The notes beneath the pieces are model-generated. The model saw nothing but the letters and a program-made list of their open reading frames with translations, did not search any database and had not been told where the DNA came from. Below are positions 19,585 to 29,817 of a stretch of DNA of 59,359 bases, piece by piece. Made by a program: the position numbers and the translations under genes. Numbering within the stretch: position 1 is the stretch's first letter; every line of letters starts with the position of its first letter. The DNA is from Barnesiella intestinihominis (GTDB taxonomy: Bacteria; Bacillota; Clostridia; Oscillospirales; Ruminococcaceae): contig CAVKKE010000001.1 in NCBI GenBank assembly GCA_963656875.1, positions 1 to 59,359 on the forward strand, written 5' to 3'.

Positions 19585-20013
19585 TGTCAAGCGCCTCCTG
19601 TCATTTTGAGATTTTGTTGATTCGTCTCATTTTCGGTGCTGTTTTGTGCACCGCAGAACGGGTGTCGTTCTGGCCTTATTGTATCCGACAACCGTCGTTT
19701 TTGTCAATCGAGAAGGTGCATAAAGTTTCTCATGCTTTTTCGTTCAAATTCCATGAAACAGCGCCGTTTTTGTTGCAGTTTTGAGATGTCATAACCTTAT
19801 TTCGCAAAGGATCTTTACCCCGGCAGAAAATGCCGTTCCTGCCGGGGTTCCCGGGCTGTTCTTCCCGGAAAAACAGCCCGGCTTTTAGGGGGATATTTGT
19901 TGTGCCGTTGGCGCACTTCACAAAATTTCCACAAGGAGCGCCCCGCTTTTACACAATTTCACCACTCTTTTCTGGTAAAATAAGGTCATAAAAGAACAAA
20001 GGATGTGCATCTC

Positions 20014-20685
20014 ATGCAACACTGTCCCGCCCGCGCGGCACAGCGGCTGGCGGCGGCAGTTCTGGCGCTGTGCCTGCTGCTGGCAATGATCGTCCCCCAC
20101 GCTCACGCAGCCACGCTGCAGGAAAAAAGCGGCATCCGGCTGCTGGACTTCAGCTCCAGCCACATCCTCGCCATCGGCAACCAGACCTCCGGCAAATGCA
20201 GCTGGTACGCTCTGCGCTACGCCCGCACCATTCTGGATGGCAAAGTCTCCTCCGGCAGCGGCATGTGGTCGAACGGTGCGGTCTGGTCGGCAGGCGGCTA
20301 CTACGGCTATTCGGGCAATCTCTCCGAGTGCCTGCAGAAGCTTTACAGTGAGCTTTCCGCCGGGCGGCCGGTGATCGTACATCTGAAAAACACCACGGTG
20401 AGCGGCGTTTCCAAGCATGTGAACCGCACCTCCACCTATGAATATCACCAGACCGGCTCCGGCTGGAATCAGGTGAACTACCCCCACATCGCCACCAGCA
20501 GCACTTACGGCCACTGGGTGTGCGTGGTGGGCATCAGCCCTTCCGCAGACCCCGCGAACCTGAAGGAAAGCGACTTCTACGCGCTGGACCCCGCCCGGGT
20601 CAGCGCAAACGGTACGCTGGCCGTGACCCGGCTGCTGGACGGCACCATCTGGACTGAAAATTCTCCGCTCAAAATAGTGGGTTAA
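20014..20685 (+). CDS. Secreted protein, putative C39-like/papain-fold peptidase
   Basis: Signal peptide ending AHA; NQTSGKCS, GRPVIVHL, GHWVCVVG and LDP motifs. Confidence 0.6.
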   Translation: MQHCPARAAQRLAAAVLALCLLLAMIVPHAHAATLQEKSGIRLLDFSSSHILAIGNQTSGKCSWYALRYARTILDGKVSSGSGMWSNGAVWSAGGYYGYSGNLSECLQKLYSELSAGRPVIVHLKNTTVSGVSKHVNRTSTYEYHQTGSGWNQVNYPHIATSSTYGHWVCVVGISPSADPANLKESDFYALDPARVSANGTLAVTRLLDGTIWTENSPLKIVG

Positions 20686-20699
20686 AAATTAGAAAGAGC

Positions 20700-20731
20700 A
20701 AAAAAGCTGACGCTTTCGCGTCAGCTTTTTT
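20700..20731. terminator. Bidirectional terminator
   Basis: AAAAAAGCTGACGC...GCGTCAGCTTTTTT between convergent genes. Confidence 0.8.
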
Positions 20732-20778
20732 GTTTGTCTGCGGCAAACACACTTTCACAGAGAAGTTCTATCAAAAAA

Positions 20779-21105
20779 TCAATATCCTTTTACCGAGAAG
20801 CCCCGTTCCCAGGGGTCGGGAGTCAGGTCTTTTTCGCGGATGTCGGTGATCTGGATATAGTCGCTTTTCTGGATCATGGCAAACAGCTGCCAGAATTTCT
20901 CCGGGTCGCCCTGCACTTCCAGCGTCACGCTGCCGTCGTCCTCGTTTTCCACCCAGCCGGTCAGTTCCAGCGTCTGGGCGGCATAGCGGGCGCGGTAGCG
21001 GAAGCCCACGCCCTGCACCTGCCCCCGGATGGAATAGCGGCGGCGCGCCGTGCCCTCCGGGAGGGTGGGCGGTGTGCGGTCTTTTTTGCTTAAAAAATCG
21101 AACAT
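20779..21105 (-). CDS. acyP: Acylphosphatase
   Basis: GQVQGVGFRY and LTGWVEN..DGSV motifs. Confidence 0.92.
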   Translation of the reverse strand: MFDFLSKKDRTPPTLPEGTARRRYSIRGQVQGVGFRYRARYAAQTLELTGWVENEDDGSVTLEVQGDPEKFWQLFAMIQKSDYIQITDIREKDLTPDPWERGFSVKGY

Positions 21106-21123
21106 TGTGCTTTACCTTTAACG

Positions 21124-21265
21124 AGCTCGCCCTCTCCGTCATTGCTGCGCAATGCCACCTCTCCCAAAGTGAGAGGCTTTGGCAGTCCACGCAAAGTTTC
21201 CGGTTTTGCCAAGGGCTCCCCCTTTGGGGGAGCTGGCGAGCCTGTGCGAGACTGAGAGGGCGAGG
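21124..21265. repeat. Palindromic REP-like repeat, family C (doublet)
   Basis: CTCGCCCTCTC...GAGAGGGCGAG ends with internal hairpins; shares TTGGCAAAACCGGAA with the 50494 and 55422 copies. Confidence 0.75.
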
Positions 21266-21276
21266 ATGCTCCCCTT

Positions 21277-22932
21277 TTACAGCTCCTGATATGCGCTCAT
21301 CAGGGCGGGAATGAACTGCTTTTTGCGGCTCACCACGCCGGGCAGGGTCCAGCTGCTGTCCTCAGCAGGCTGGGTCTCAAAGCCTTCGGTCAGCACCTCA
21401 CCGGCATAGCGGCCGCTGCAGATGACCACGCTTTCCTCCTTGGGCACATCGGTGAGCAGCATGTAGATATCCTCCACGTTCTGCTTGTTGCGGGCCTCTT
21501 CCAGATAGGGCCGCAGCAGCTGTTCCGCCGCCACAAGGTTCTTGCGGGTCATGTAGCTGCCCTGCGCCACGCCGAAACGGATGTCGCCGCACATGAACAC
21601 CTTGAAGTCCTGCAGGAACACCTCTTCGGCGGTCTTGCCGTCCAGCTTCTCGCCTGCTTCAAACATCTCGTTGGCAAACTCGTTGATGTCCACGCCTGCG
21701 ATCTTTGCCAGACGCTTGGCGGTGGATTCATCAATGGGGGTGCAGGTGGGGCTGCGGAACACCAGCGTGTCCGACAGGATGGCGGCCAGCAGCAGGCCAG
21801 CCGTCTGGGGCTGGATCTCCACGCCGTTTTCGTCGTACATCTGGGTGATGATGGTGGCCGTGCAGCCCACCGGCTGGTTGCGGAAATACACCGGGCCGCT
21901 GGTCTCCAGGCTGCCGATGCGGTGGTGGTCGATGATCTCCAAAATCTCCGCCTGGTCAAAGCCCTCCACCGCCTGGGTGGCTTCGTTGTGGTCTACCAGA
22001 ATGATGCGGCGCTTGCGCAGGTTGATGATGTTGCGGCGGCTGACCATGCCGCAGTATTTGCCATCCTCATCCAGAATGGGGAAATAGCGGTGGCGCACCT
22101 TGGCCATGACGCGGGTGACATCTGCCACAGGGGTGACCAGCGTGAACTTCATGATGTCGTCGCGGGTCATATAATAGGAGATGGGCGCACACTGGCTGAT
22201 GAGCTTGCCGGCAGCGTAGGTGTCCACCGGCGCGGACATGATGGCCACGCCGGTCTCTTCTGCAATGCGCTGGATGGTGCGGCCCACCTTGGCACCGTTG
22301 CAGATGATGATGAGGGATGCTTCCTTCTCAATAGCGCACAGCTGGCTCTCATAGCGGTTGGTCAGGATGACGATGTCGCCCTTTTCCACAGTGCTTTCCA
22401 GCATTTCCGGGGTGGCGGTGCCAATGCGGATGTGGCCGGTGGTGCACACGGCGTTCTCATCGCCCACCACCATGGTGCCGCCCAGCGTCTCAAGAATGTT
22501 CTTGTAGCTGGTAAGGCTCTTGGCCAGAATGCCGGTGTCGAACACGTCCATGTTGGCCGTGGCGATATCCTTCACGGTGATGACGCCTTCCAGCTCATTG
22601 TCTGTGCTGGTGACAGGCAGGGTGTCGATCTGCTGATCGCGCATGATCTCCCACGCCTTGCGCAGGCTGGTGGAGCCCGGGATGCCGGGCATCTCGCGGT
22701 AATCCACATCGCGGATCTTGGGGTTCACGTCCGTGCACATGCGGGGCGGCTTGACGCCGAACTTCTTGAGCACGAACTCGGTCTCCTGATTCATTTTGCC
22801 GGCGCGGCGGGGCTCGCAGACCAGATCACTGGTCTTGTTTTTCAGCTCGGCATATGCGATGGCCGAGCAGATGGAGTCGGTGTCCGGGTTGCGATGGCCG
22901 ATGACCACGACTTTGTGGGCTGCTTTGGGCAT
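21277..22932 (-). CDS. ppaC: Mn-dependent inorganic pyrophosphatase with CBS/DRTGG insert
   Basis: GHRNPDTDS, LVDHNE, IIDHH, ILSDT and VVSRKKQ motifs plus a CBS region. Confidence 0.93.
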   Translation of the reverse strand: MPKAAHKVVVIGHRNPDTDSICSAIAYAELKNKTSDLVCEPRRAGKMNQETEFVLKKFGVKPPRMCTDVNPKIRDVDYREMPGIPGSTSLRKAWEIMRDQQIDTLPVTSTDNELEGVITVKDIATANMDVFDTGILAKSLTSYKNILETLGGTMVVGDENAVCTTGHIRIGTATPEMLESTVEKGDIVILTNRYESQLCAIEKEASLIIICNGAKVGRTIQRIAEETGVAIMSAPVDTYAAGKLISQCAPISYYMTRDDIMKFTLVTPVADVTRVMAKVRHRYFPILDEDGKYCGMVSRRNIINLRKRRIILVDHNEATQAVEGFDQAEILEIIDHHRIGSLETSGPVYFRNQPVGCTATIITQMYDENGVEIQPQTAGLLLAAILSDTLVFRSPTCTPIDESTAKRLAKIAGVDINEFANEMFEAGEKLDGKTAEEVFLQDFKVFMCGDIRFGVAQGSYMTRKNLVAAEQLLRPYLEEARNKQNVEDIYMLLTDVPKEESVVICSGRYAGEVLTEGFETQPAEDSSWTLPGVVSRKKQFIPALMSAYQEL

Positions 22933-23166
22933 ATTCTTCCCCCTTTGGGTTTCTCATTTACCGGGTTTCTTATCATTCTTTTTTCGCACATGCGTGCTCC
23001 TGCACAGCACGGCATGCCGTGATTTTATTTTAGCACAATTGCACGCGGGGGTAAAGTGGGACAAACACGGTGCCGCCGGGCTTTTTCTCTGCCGGAACGC
23101 TTGACATTTTGTCATTTCCCCGGTACTTTTGAAGCAAATGATTCTGAACTATAAAGGAGCGATCTC

Positions 23167-23964
23167 ATGAAACGAACTCTCTGCACCCTGCTGACCCTCG
23201 GCGTCCTGCTGGCCGGGCTCTGTGCCCTGCCCGCCCATGCGGCCGATGTGCCTGCCGCCGTCCCCGCGCCCAAAGACGACAAGGTCGTCACCGACGCCAG
23301 CCCCCTCGAAGACCGCCTGCGGAACATCGTGGGCTTCAGCACCAATTTCGGCGGGCCTTACTGCTTTGAGCAGGCGGATCACAAGTCCGCCGTTCAGGCC
23401 TACGGTGATGCCCCCGCTGAGGGTGCCGTGGCCCTGCTGCGCCTTTACAGCCGGGCGGAAGACCGGGGCGACGCCTCTCTCAACACCAGCGGCCATGCAT
23501 TCATCTCGGTGCGCAATGTATCCGACCACGAGCTGAATGTGGGCGGGCTGCTCATCGCTCCCGGCACCGAAATGACCTTCGGCACCCGTGGCAACCGCAA
23601 GGAGCACGCGGGCATCTGGTACAACCTGGAAGGATACTATAAATATTATCTTTCCAGCTCCTACTACCAGAACCTTTACGGCATCCAGACCTCACTGGAT
23701 CAGACACAGCTGGATGTCCTCAACCGCAACCTTGCCAATGCCGACCACTGGTCTGCCTATTACAACTGCGCCGCCTTCACCGAGGGCATCTGGAACTCCG
23801 TGTGCGCCGACACCCTCTCTGCCGGCCGGCCTTACAGCCCGGAAAACCTGCGGAACGACATTCTGGCAAAGTATGCCGACAAGGCCGTGTTCAACCCGGC
23901 CATCCCCTATGATTACATTGTGTATTTCGGCAGCAGCCTGACCCCCAGCCAGGAATTTGTATGA
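23167..23964 (+). CDS. Secreted hypothetical protein with permuted papain-like His...Cys motifs
   Basis: Signal peptide; GHAFISV and YNCAAF motifs; AAGGAG RBS; TTGACA at 23101. Confidence 0.65.
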   Translation: MKRTLCTLLTLGVLLAGLCALPAHAADVPAAVPAPKDDKVVTDASPLEDRLRNIVGFSTNFGGPYCFEQADHKSAVQAYGDAPAEGAVALLRLYSRAEDRGDASLNTSGHAFISVRNVSDHELNVGGLLIAPGTEMTFGTRGNRKEHAGIWYNLEGYYKYYLSSSYYQNLYGIQTSLDQTQLDVLNRNLANADHWSAYYNCAAFTEGIWNSVCADTLSAGRPYSPENLRNDILAKYADKAVFNPAIPYDYIVYFGSSLTPSQEFV

Positions 23965-24079
23965 CCTGCCGGTGATTTTTGTCAAATTCTTGTATACATC
24001 CTCTTGTAATTCGACTGGCAGAGTTGTATCATAAAGGCGTTGTATCCATGCGTATTCTGTCACTGTCACGGAGGAACCT

Positions 24080-25450
24080 ATGACAACGTCCAAAACCGCA
24101 CCCCGATTTAAAAATCCGCCGCTGTTCACCCGGCAGCAGCTCATTGCCCTGCTGCTGCCGCTGATCGCTGAGCAGGCTCTGAGCGTGACCATTGGTCTGG
24201 CCGACACGCTGATGGTCTCCTCGGTGGGCGAAGCGGCTGTCTCGGGCGTGAGCCTTGTGGACAGCTTCAACACCCTGATGATCCAGATCATGAGTGCTCT
24301 GGCCACCGGCGGCGCAGTGGTCACCAGCCAGTACATCGGCCGGCAGGAGCCCAAAAGCGCCAAGCGTGCGGCGGCGCAGATCTTGTTCATCCTGTCCAGC
24401 TTCAGCATTTTTGTGGCTGCTGTTGTGGTGTTTGGGCGTCACGCCATCCTGCGGGGCATCTTCGGCTCCATTGATGCCGATGTCATGCGCTATGCCGAGA
24501 CTTACTTCCTGCTCTCGGCCCTGAGCTACCCCTTCATCGGCCTGTACAACGCCGGTGCGGCGCTGTTCCGCGCTCAGGGCAACAGCAAGATCAGCATGAT
24601 GTCCAGCCTCGTGATGAACGTGGTGAACATCGGCGGCAACGCCGTGCTGATCTACGGCTTCGGCATGGGCGTCATGGGCGCGGCGCTGGCCAGCCTTGTC
24701 TCCCGCGCCATCGCCTGCGTTGCCGTGCTGTATCTGCTGCAGCGCCCCGCCTGCCCCCTGCGGCTGGAAAGCGTGTGGGCACTGGCCCCGCAGGGCAGGC
24801 TCATCCGCCAGATCCTGCGGGTGGGCATCCCTGCCGGCATCGAGAACGGCATGTTCCAGATCGGCAAGCTGTCGGTGTCCAGCCTGACTTCCACCCTCGG
24901 CACCGCCGCCATTGCGGCCAACGCCGTGGCCAACACCACCACGACTTTCCTGAACATCCCGGCCAACGCCGTGGGCATGGCTGCGCTGACCGTGGTGGGC
25001 CAGTGCCTGGGCGCAGGCGAAAAGGACCAGGCTGTGTATTACTCCCGCCGCCTGATGCTGTTCGCCTACTGCGGCGCATGGTTCATGAACATCTCGGCCT
25101 TCCTGTTTGCAAACAAGTTTGCCCTGGGCCTGTTCAACCTGTCGCCGGAAGCTTACTCCATGGCGCTGGAAGTGATGGTCTGGTTCAACATCATCTCCCT
25201 GTTCATCTGGCCTTCCAGCTTCACCCTGCCCAACATCCTGCGCGCAGCCGGCGACGCCCGGTTCACCATGACCGTGAGCATCGTGTCCATGTGGGCCTTC
25301 CGCGTGGGCTTCTGCTATCTGTGCGTGCTGGCCTTCCACGGCGGGCTGCTGTCCATCTGGATGGGCATGTATCTGGACTGGGCCTTCCGTTCGCTGTGCT
25401 TCTTCGTCCGCTTCGTGCGCGGCAAGTGGCTGGAACAGCATGTGATCTAA
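24080..25450 (+). CDS. MATE-family efflux transporter
   Basis: GLADTLMVSSVGEAAVSGVSLVD; two-fold symmetric polytopic protein. Confidence 0.92.
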   Translation: MTTSKTAPRFKNPPLFTRQQLIALLLPLIAEQALSVTIGLADTLMVSSVGEAAVSGVSLVDSFNTLMIQIMSALATGGAVVTSQYIGRQEPKSAKRAAAQILFILSSFSIFVAAVVVFGRHAILRGIFGSIDADVMRYAETYFLLSALSYPFIGLYNAGAALFRAQGNSKISMMSSLVMNVVNIGGNAVLIYGFGMGVMGAALASLVSRAIACVAVLYLLQRPACPLRLESVWALAPQGRLIRQILRVGIPAGIENGMFQIGKLSVSSLTSTLGTAAIAANAVANTTTTFLNIPANAVGMAALTVVGQCLGAGEKDQAVYYSRRLMLFAYCGAWFMNISAFLFANKFALGLFNLSPEAYSMALEVMVWFNIISLFIWPSSFTLPNILRAAGDARFTMTVSIVSMWAFRVGFCYLCVLAFHGGLLSIWMGMYLDWAFRSLCFFVRFVRGKWLEQHVI

Positions 25451-25462
25451 ACTTTCTGCTGA

Positions 25463-25612
25463 GGGGCTGTTGCAAAATAAAAATGCGATAGCAATTTGCA
25501 CAAAAAATAGCGCAAAAACAGAAACCCGGAACCCTTTTTGAGCCACTTTGGCCCTGAAAAGGTTCCGGGTTTTGTGCATGATTTTTTCAGCGAGCCATTT
25601 TGCAACAGCCCC
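25463..25612 (-). mobile_element. 150-bp MITE-like element, family A, copy 2
   Basis: Reverse complement of copy 1. Confidence 0.8.
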
Positions 25613-25831
25613 TTTTTTTGTTTTCCTGCATGAATCCGGCTTTCTGATTCGTATGAATCTGCAGAGGGGCATTTGCCCGGGACATCTGCCCTGTTTTTAC
25701 GCAAATCATACAAATAATTCGCGATGTTTTTGAGAATGTTGTCCGCTTTCGTTCTTGTTTTTGTCACACTTGGAGCGTATAATTTCTCAATGCGAAAAGA
25801 GTTTTGCTTTCCACAAAAAGGAGGCTTTTCT

Positions 25832-26491
25832 ATGAAACGTAGTTGGTTTTCGCGCCATCCCATCTGTTTTATGGCGCTTTACTTGCTGCTTTATCTGTCC
25901 GCATTCAATTTTCTGAACACGCAGATCCACATGCCGCACATCCTTGTGCACTGCCGGCTGGACGACCTGATCCCGTTCTGCAAATATGCCGTCATCCCCT
26001 ACTTTGCCTGGTTCCCGTGGATCCCGTTCACCCTGTTCTTCCTGCTCTGGAAGGCACCCCGGGAGGACTTCTGGCGGCTGTGCCTGCCGCTGTTCAGCGG
26101 CATGACCATCGCGCTGGCGTGCTACGTCATTGTGCCCACCGGGCTGAACCTTCGCCCCTACTATGTCCCGGGCAATGACATCTTTGCACAGGCGGTGCGG
26201 TTCATTTACAGCACCGACACGCCCATCAATGTCTGCCCGTCCATCCATGTGTTCAACTCGGTGACGCTGCTGCTGGCCTACTACCGCAGCCGCATCTTTG
26301 AGCAGCCCCGGCTGCGCTGGATGCGTCCGGCGGCCTCCGTGCTGTGCTTCTCCATCGTGCTCTCCACCATGCTGCTCAAGCAGCACAGCTGCATTGACGT
26401 GGTGCTGGGCGCTGCGCTGGCTCTGGTGCTGGACACCGCATTCAGCCGTATGATGGACGCCGACAATCTGCCGGAAGTTCGGCGAATTTAA
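25832..26491 (+). CDS. PAP2-superfamily membrane phosphatase/transferase
   Basis: RP, NVCPSIHV and KQHS.IDV motifs; AAGGAGG RBS. Confidence 0.85.
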   Translation: MKRSWFSRHPICFMALYLLLYLSAFNFLNTQIHMPHILVHCRLDDLIPFCKYAVIPYFAWFPWIPFTLFFLLWKAPREDFWRLCLPLFSGMTIALACYVIVPTGLNLRPYYVPGNDIFAQAVRFIYSTDTPINVCPSIHVFNSVTLLLAYYRSRIFEQPRLRWMRPAASVLCFSIVLSTMLLKQHSCIDVVLGAALALVLDTAFSRMMDADNLPEVRRI

Positions 26492-26499
26492 GCGACAAA

Positions 26500-26649
26500 G
26501 GGGCTGTTGCAAAATAAAAATGCGATAGCAATTTGCACAAAAAATAGCGCAAAAACAGAAACCCGGAACCCTTTTTGAGCCACTTTGGCCCTGAAAAGGT
26601 TCCGGGTTTTGTGCATAATTTTTTCAGCGAGCCATTTTGCAACAGCCCC
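26500..26649 (-). mobile_element. 150-bp MITE-like element, family A, copy 3
   Basis: Same sequence with one visible substitution (GCATAAT vs GCATGAT). Confidence 0.8.
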
Positions 26650-26662
26650 TTTTTTATTCGAA

Positions 26663-27619
26663 TCAAAACAGCCCTTCCGGAAGGCAGACATCTTCTTTGG
26701 GCACTTTGGCCCACGAGAACTCCGGGATCAGGCTTTCCGGTGTGCGGGGGGCCGGTTCCGGCTGCAGGCCGTAGGCATAGGCCAGTTTGCCCACGATCTC
26801 CTGCGCGGTGTACTTTTCCCGCAGGTTCTCAAGGCTCTGGTCGCCGTCCCGCTTGGAAAGCCGCCGCCCATCCGGGGCCAGCAGCAGCGGGCAGTGGGCA
26901 AACTTCGGGGCCTGAAGCCCCAGCAGGCGGTACAGATACAGCTGCCGCGCTGTGGAAGACAGCAGATCTGAACCGCGCACCACCTCGGTGACGCCCATGC
27001 GGGCATCGTCCACCACCACGGCCAGCTGATAGGCAAACACGCCGTCTGCCCGGCGCAGGTAAAAATCGCCGCAGTCTCGCAAGAGATTTTCCGTGTGCTC
27101 GCCCATGCAGCCGTCTGTGAACGTGATATTCTCATCCGGCACCTTCACGCGGTAGGCAGGGGTTTTCTTTTTGCGCTTTTCTTCGATCTCGGCAGGCGTC
27201 AGGCCGCGGCAGGTGCCGGGGTAAATGACATTGCCGTCCGAGGTGTGGGGTGCACTGGCGGCGTGCAGCTGGGCCCGGGAACAGAAACAGGGGTACACAA
27301 GGCCCATGTCTTCCAGCTTTTTATAGCTGGCGGTGTAGATGTCAGCGCACTCGCTCTGATAATACGGGCCGTTGGGGCCGCCTTTGCTGCCGCCCTCGTC
27401 CCAGGCAAGGCCCAGCCAGTCCAAGTCCTGTTCCAGCAGATCGGCATAGATGCGCGGGCAGCGCTCGGCATCCAGATCTTCGATGCGCAGCACGATGCGC
27501 CCGCCCTGACTTTTTGCGCTGAGCCACGCCAGCAGGCTGCAGGCCAGATTGCCCAGATGCAGCCGCCCGCTGGGGCTGGGCGCAAAGCGGCCAATCACAG
27601 TGTCGTTTCTATTTTTCAT
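26663..27619 (-). CDS. gluQ: Glutamyl-Q tRNA(Asp) synthetase
   Basis: RFAPSPSG.LHLGN, RIEDLD, CFCSR, YQLAVVVDD and LSKR motifs; lacks the anticodon-binding domain. Confidence 0.92.
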   Translation of the reverse strand: MKNRNDTVIGRFAPSPSGRLHLGNLACSLLAWLSAKSQGGRIVLRIEDLDAERCPRIYADLLEQDLDWLGLAWDEGGSKGGPNGPYYQSECADIYTASYKKLEDMGLVYPCFCSRAQLHAASAPHTSDGNVIYPGTCRGLTPAEIEEKRKKKTPAYRVKVPDENITFTDGCMGEHTENLLRDCGDFYLRRADGVFAYQLAVVVDDARMGVTEVVRGSDLLSSTARQLYLYRLLGLQAPKFAHCPLLLAPDGRRLSKRDGDQSLENLREKYTAQEIVGKLAYAYGLQPEPAPRTPESLIPEFSWAKVPKEDVCLPEGLF

Positions 27620-27630
27620 GTGATATCCTT

Positions 27631-28768
27631 TCATGATAGAACTCTGTTCAGCTGTTCTTCCACAGCCTGCCGCACCTGCGGGGCCTGCAGGCCATAGACT
27701 ACCTGCACTTCACATCCATTCACCACAACACCGCTGGAGGGCAGGGCTTTCAGCGCCTGCAGCTTCACAAATGCAGGGTCTTTCACCGTGATGCGCAGGC
27801 GGGTGAAGCAGTTGTCCACGGAACAGATATTCTCCCGCCCGCCAAGGGCAGTCAGCAGTTTTTAATGGTTTTTCATCCAGCGGCAAAGCCTTTTCCGGGT
27901 GGGCAGGCTCTTCCGGGCGGCGGCCCGGCGTGGGCAGATCCAGCATTTTGATAAGCGCCGTGAACACCACAAAATAGACCCCGATCTCTGCAACGCCCAG
28001 CAGATACAGCACAGGGTAATTCGTCCGTGCTACGCCCGCGGAAAGGTTCATCAGCAGCGAGCCCAGAAGGTTGGACGTAAAAGCCGTCACATGGCACAGG
28101 TGCAACAGCACGATGAAGCAGCCGGAGATGACTGCGTGAGCCAGCCAGAGCACCGGCGCAGAGAAACAGAACAGGAAGTCCAGCGGTTCCGTGATGGACG
28201 CCAGCGAAGCCGTAAATGCCAGCGGAAGCAGCTGCGCGGCGGTCTTTTTCCGGTTTTCTTTCCGGGCGCAGAAGATGAATGCCGCTGCGATGCCGAAGTA
28301 GCCGAACGTCTTGGTGAAGCCGGTGTACATCCAGACGATGCCGTCCGAAAACGGCAGGCCGAGGTTGTATTCGGTCATCATGACCACATAGGCTCCGGTG
28401 TAGGTGACGCCGTCTGCCGCCAGGCTCCCCAGCTCAGTCAGGGTGACATTGCCCGCTGTCAGATAGATCAGATAACTCATCAGGGCAATGAGCCCTGCCT
28501 GATGCTTTTCCCGCCGGGCCAGAGACGCCGCAATGCCCACACAGAACAGCACGCTGAGATTATTGATGACTGCCGTCAGGCACTTATAAATGATCTGCCC
28601 CAGCAGGCGCACAGGCGCCCAGCGAAGGAACGGCAAAGCTTCCGCCAGCGCCGTGCTGGTGAGCAGCGCCCCCGCCACCAAAAGAAGGCCCGCCGCCGAA
28701 AGATAGGAAAGCGGCGCCAGCATCGCCTTGGAAAAGCGCTCCAGCGCCGGTGTGATCCTGTTTTTCAT
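27631..28768 (-). pseudogene. Disrupted glucose/maltose-family PTS EIICB
   Basis: The EIIC part (FSKAMLAP, SITEPLDF, TPGR) is short. The EIIB part (ALGG.ENI.SVDNCFTRLR) continues in another frame after about 27860. Confidence 0.75.
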
Positions 28769-28921
28769 CCTGTTTCCTCTCTTTCCGGGCCGCGTGTGCG
28801 GAGAACCTATCTGTAGTCAACCGCCATCCGCGAAAAATGTCAAGGCCGCAAACCGCACAAAAAATGCGCCTGCCTTTGTACAGAGTGCCCATCTGCTTGA
28901 AATTCGTCCTGCCCGCGCCAA

Positions 28922-28950
28922 TTGACAAGCGCCGGTGCAGAACGTATACT
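28922..28950 (+). promoter_or_regulatory. Sigma70-type promoter
   Basis: TTGACA-17 bp-TATACT. Confidence 0.75.
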
Positions 28951-29024
28951 TAGTGTGTATCGTTTTGAGATGCTGCGGCCTTTTCTGCGGCATCCTTCAA
29001 AGCTGTTCCAAGGAGGACCCACCT

Positions 29025-29645
29025 ATGAAATTGAAATATACACGCATCCTCTCGCTGCTTCTCTGCGCGGCTCTGGCCTGCAGCATTCTGGCAGGCTGCG
29101 GCGGCTCCGGCACATCCAGTGCCTCCGGCTCCGAAGCTTCCAGCTCTGCCGCCTCTTCGGAAAGCGCATCTGCTTCCGGCGAGACCCTGCCCGACTCCAC
29201 CACCGAAGCCAACACCTCGGGCCTGAACCCCGCTGACTTTGACGAAAACTCCATCTTCTCCATCACCGGCACCTCTGCCGCCTTTGAGCCCTGCCTCGGC
29301 TGGGGTCCGGGCGTGTCCGGCTGCTCGCTGAAATCGGTGATCGCAGCGGCTTCGCTGCTGCAGTGGGCCGAAAGCGCCCGCCTTGCTTCCCGCACGCCGG
29401 ACGCCATTCAGGATGCGTTCTACAGCTGGTACGACTCCCTTGATTCCGACGATCAGGAAAGCTTTGCCGAAGCATGGACGATGATCGAGCCGGACGCCCT
29501 GAGCCTGCTGAGCGACAAGGAAAGCATGACCGGCCGCATCGAGGACGCCGGGCTCGACCCCAGCACCTTGCCGGGCTGCACCCTGAAAAACTGGCAGGCT
29601 CTTCAGAGCGTGCTGGACGACTGCGTGCCCGCAGTGAATCAGTAA
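29025..29645 (+). CDS. Lipoprotein of unknown function
   Basis: AGGAGG RBS; ILAGC lipobox followed by a Ser-rich linker. Confidence 0.78.
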   Translation: MKLKYTRILSLLLCAALACSILAGCGGSGTSSASGSEASSSAASSESASASGETLPDSTTEANTSGLNPADFDENSIFSITGTSAAFEPCLGWGPGVSGCSLKSVIAAASLLQWAESARLASRTPDAIQDAFYSWYDSLDSDDQESFAEAWTMIEPDALSLLSDKESMTGRIEDAGLDPSTLPGCTLKNWQALQSVLDDCVPAVNQ

Positions 29646-29661
29646 ACACAGCGCACAAGAA

Positions 29662-29811
29662 GGGGCTGTTGCAAAATAAAAATGCGATAGCAATTTGCAC
29701 AAAAAATAGCGCAAAAACAGAAACCCGGAACCCTTTTTGAGCCACTTTGGCCCTGAAAAGGTTCCGGGTTTTGTGCATAATTTTTTCAGCGAGCCATTTT
29801 GCAACAGCCCC
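29662..29811 (-). mobile_element. 150-bp MITE-like element, family A, copy 4
   Basis: Identical by eye to copy 3. Confidence 0.8.
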
Positions 29812-29817
29812 TTTGTT

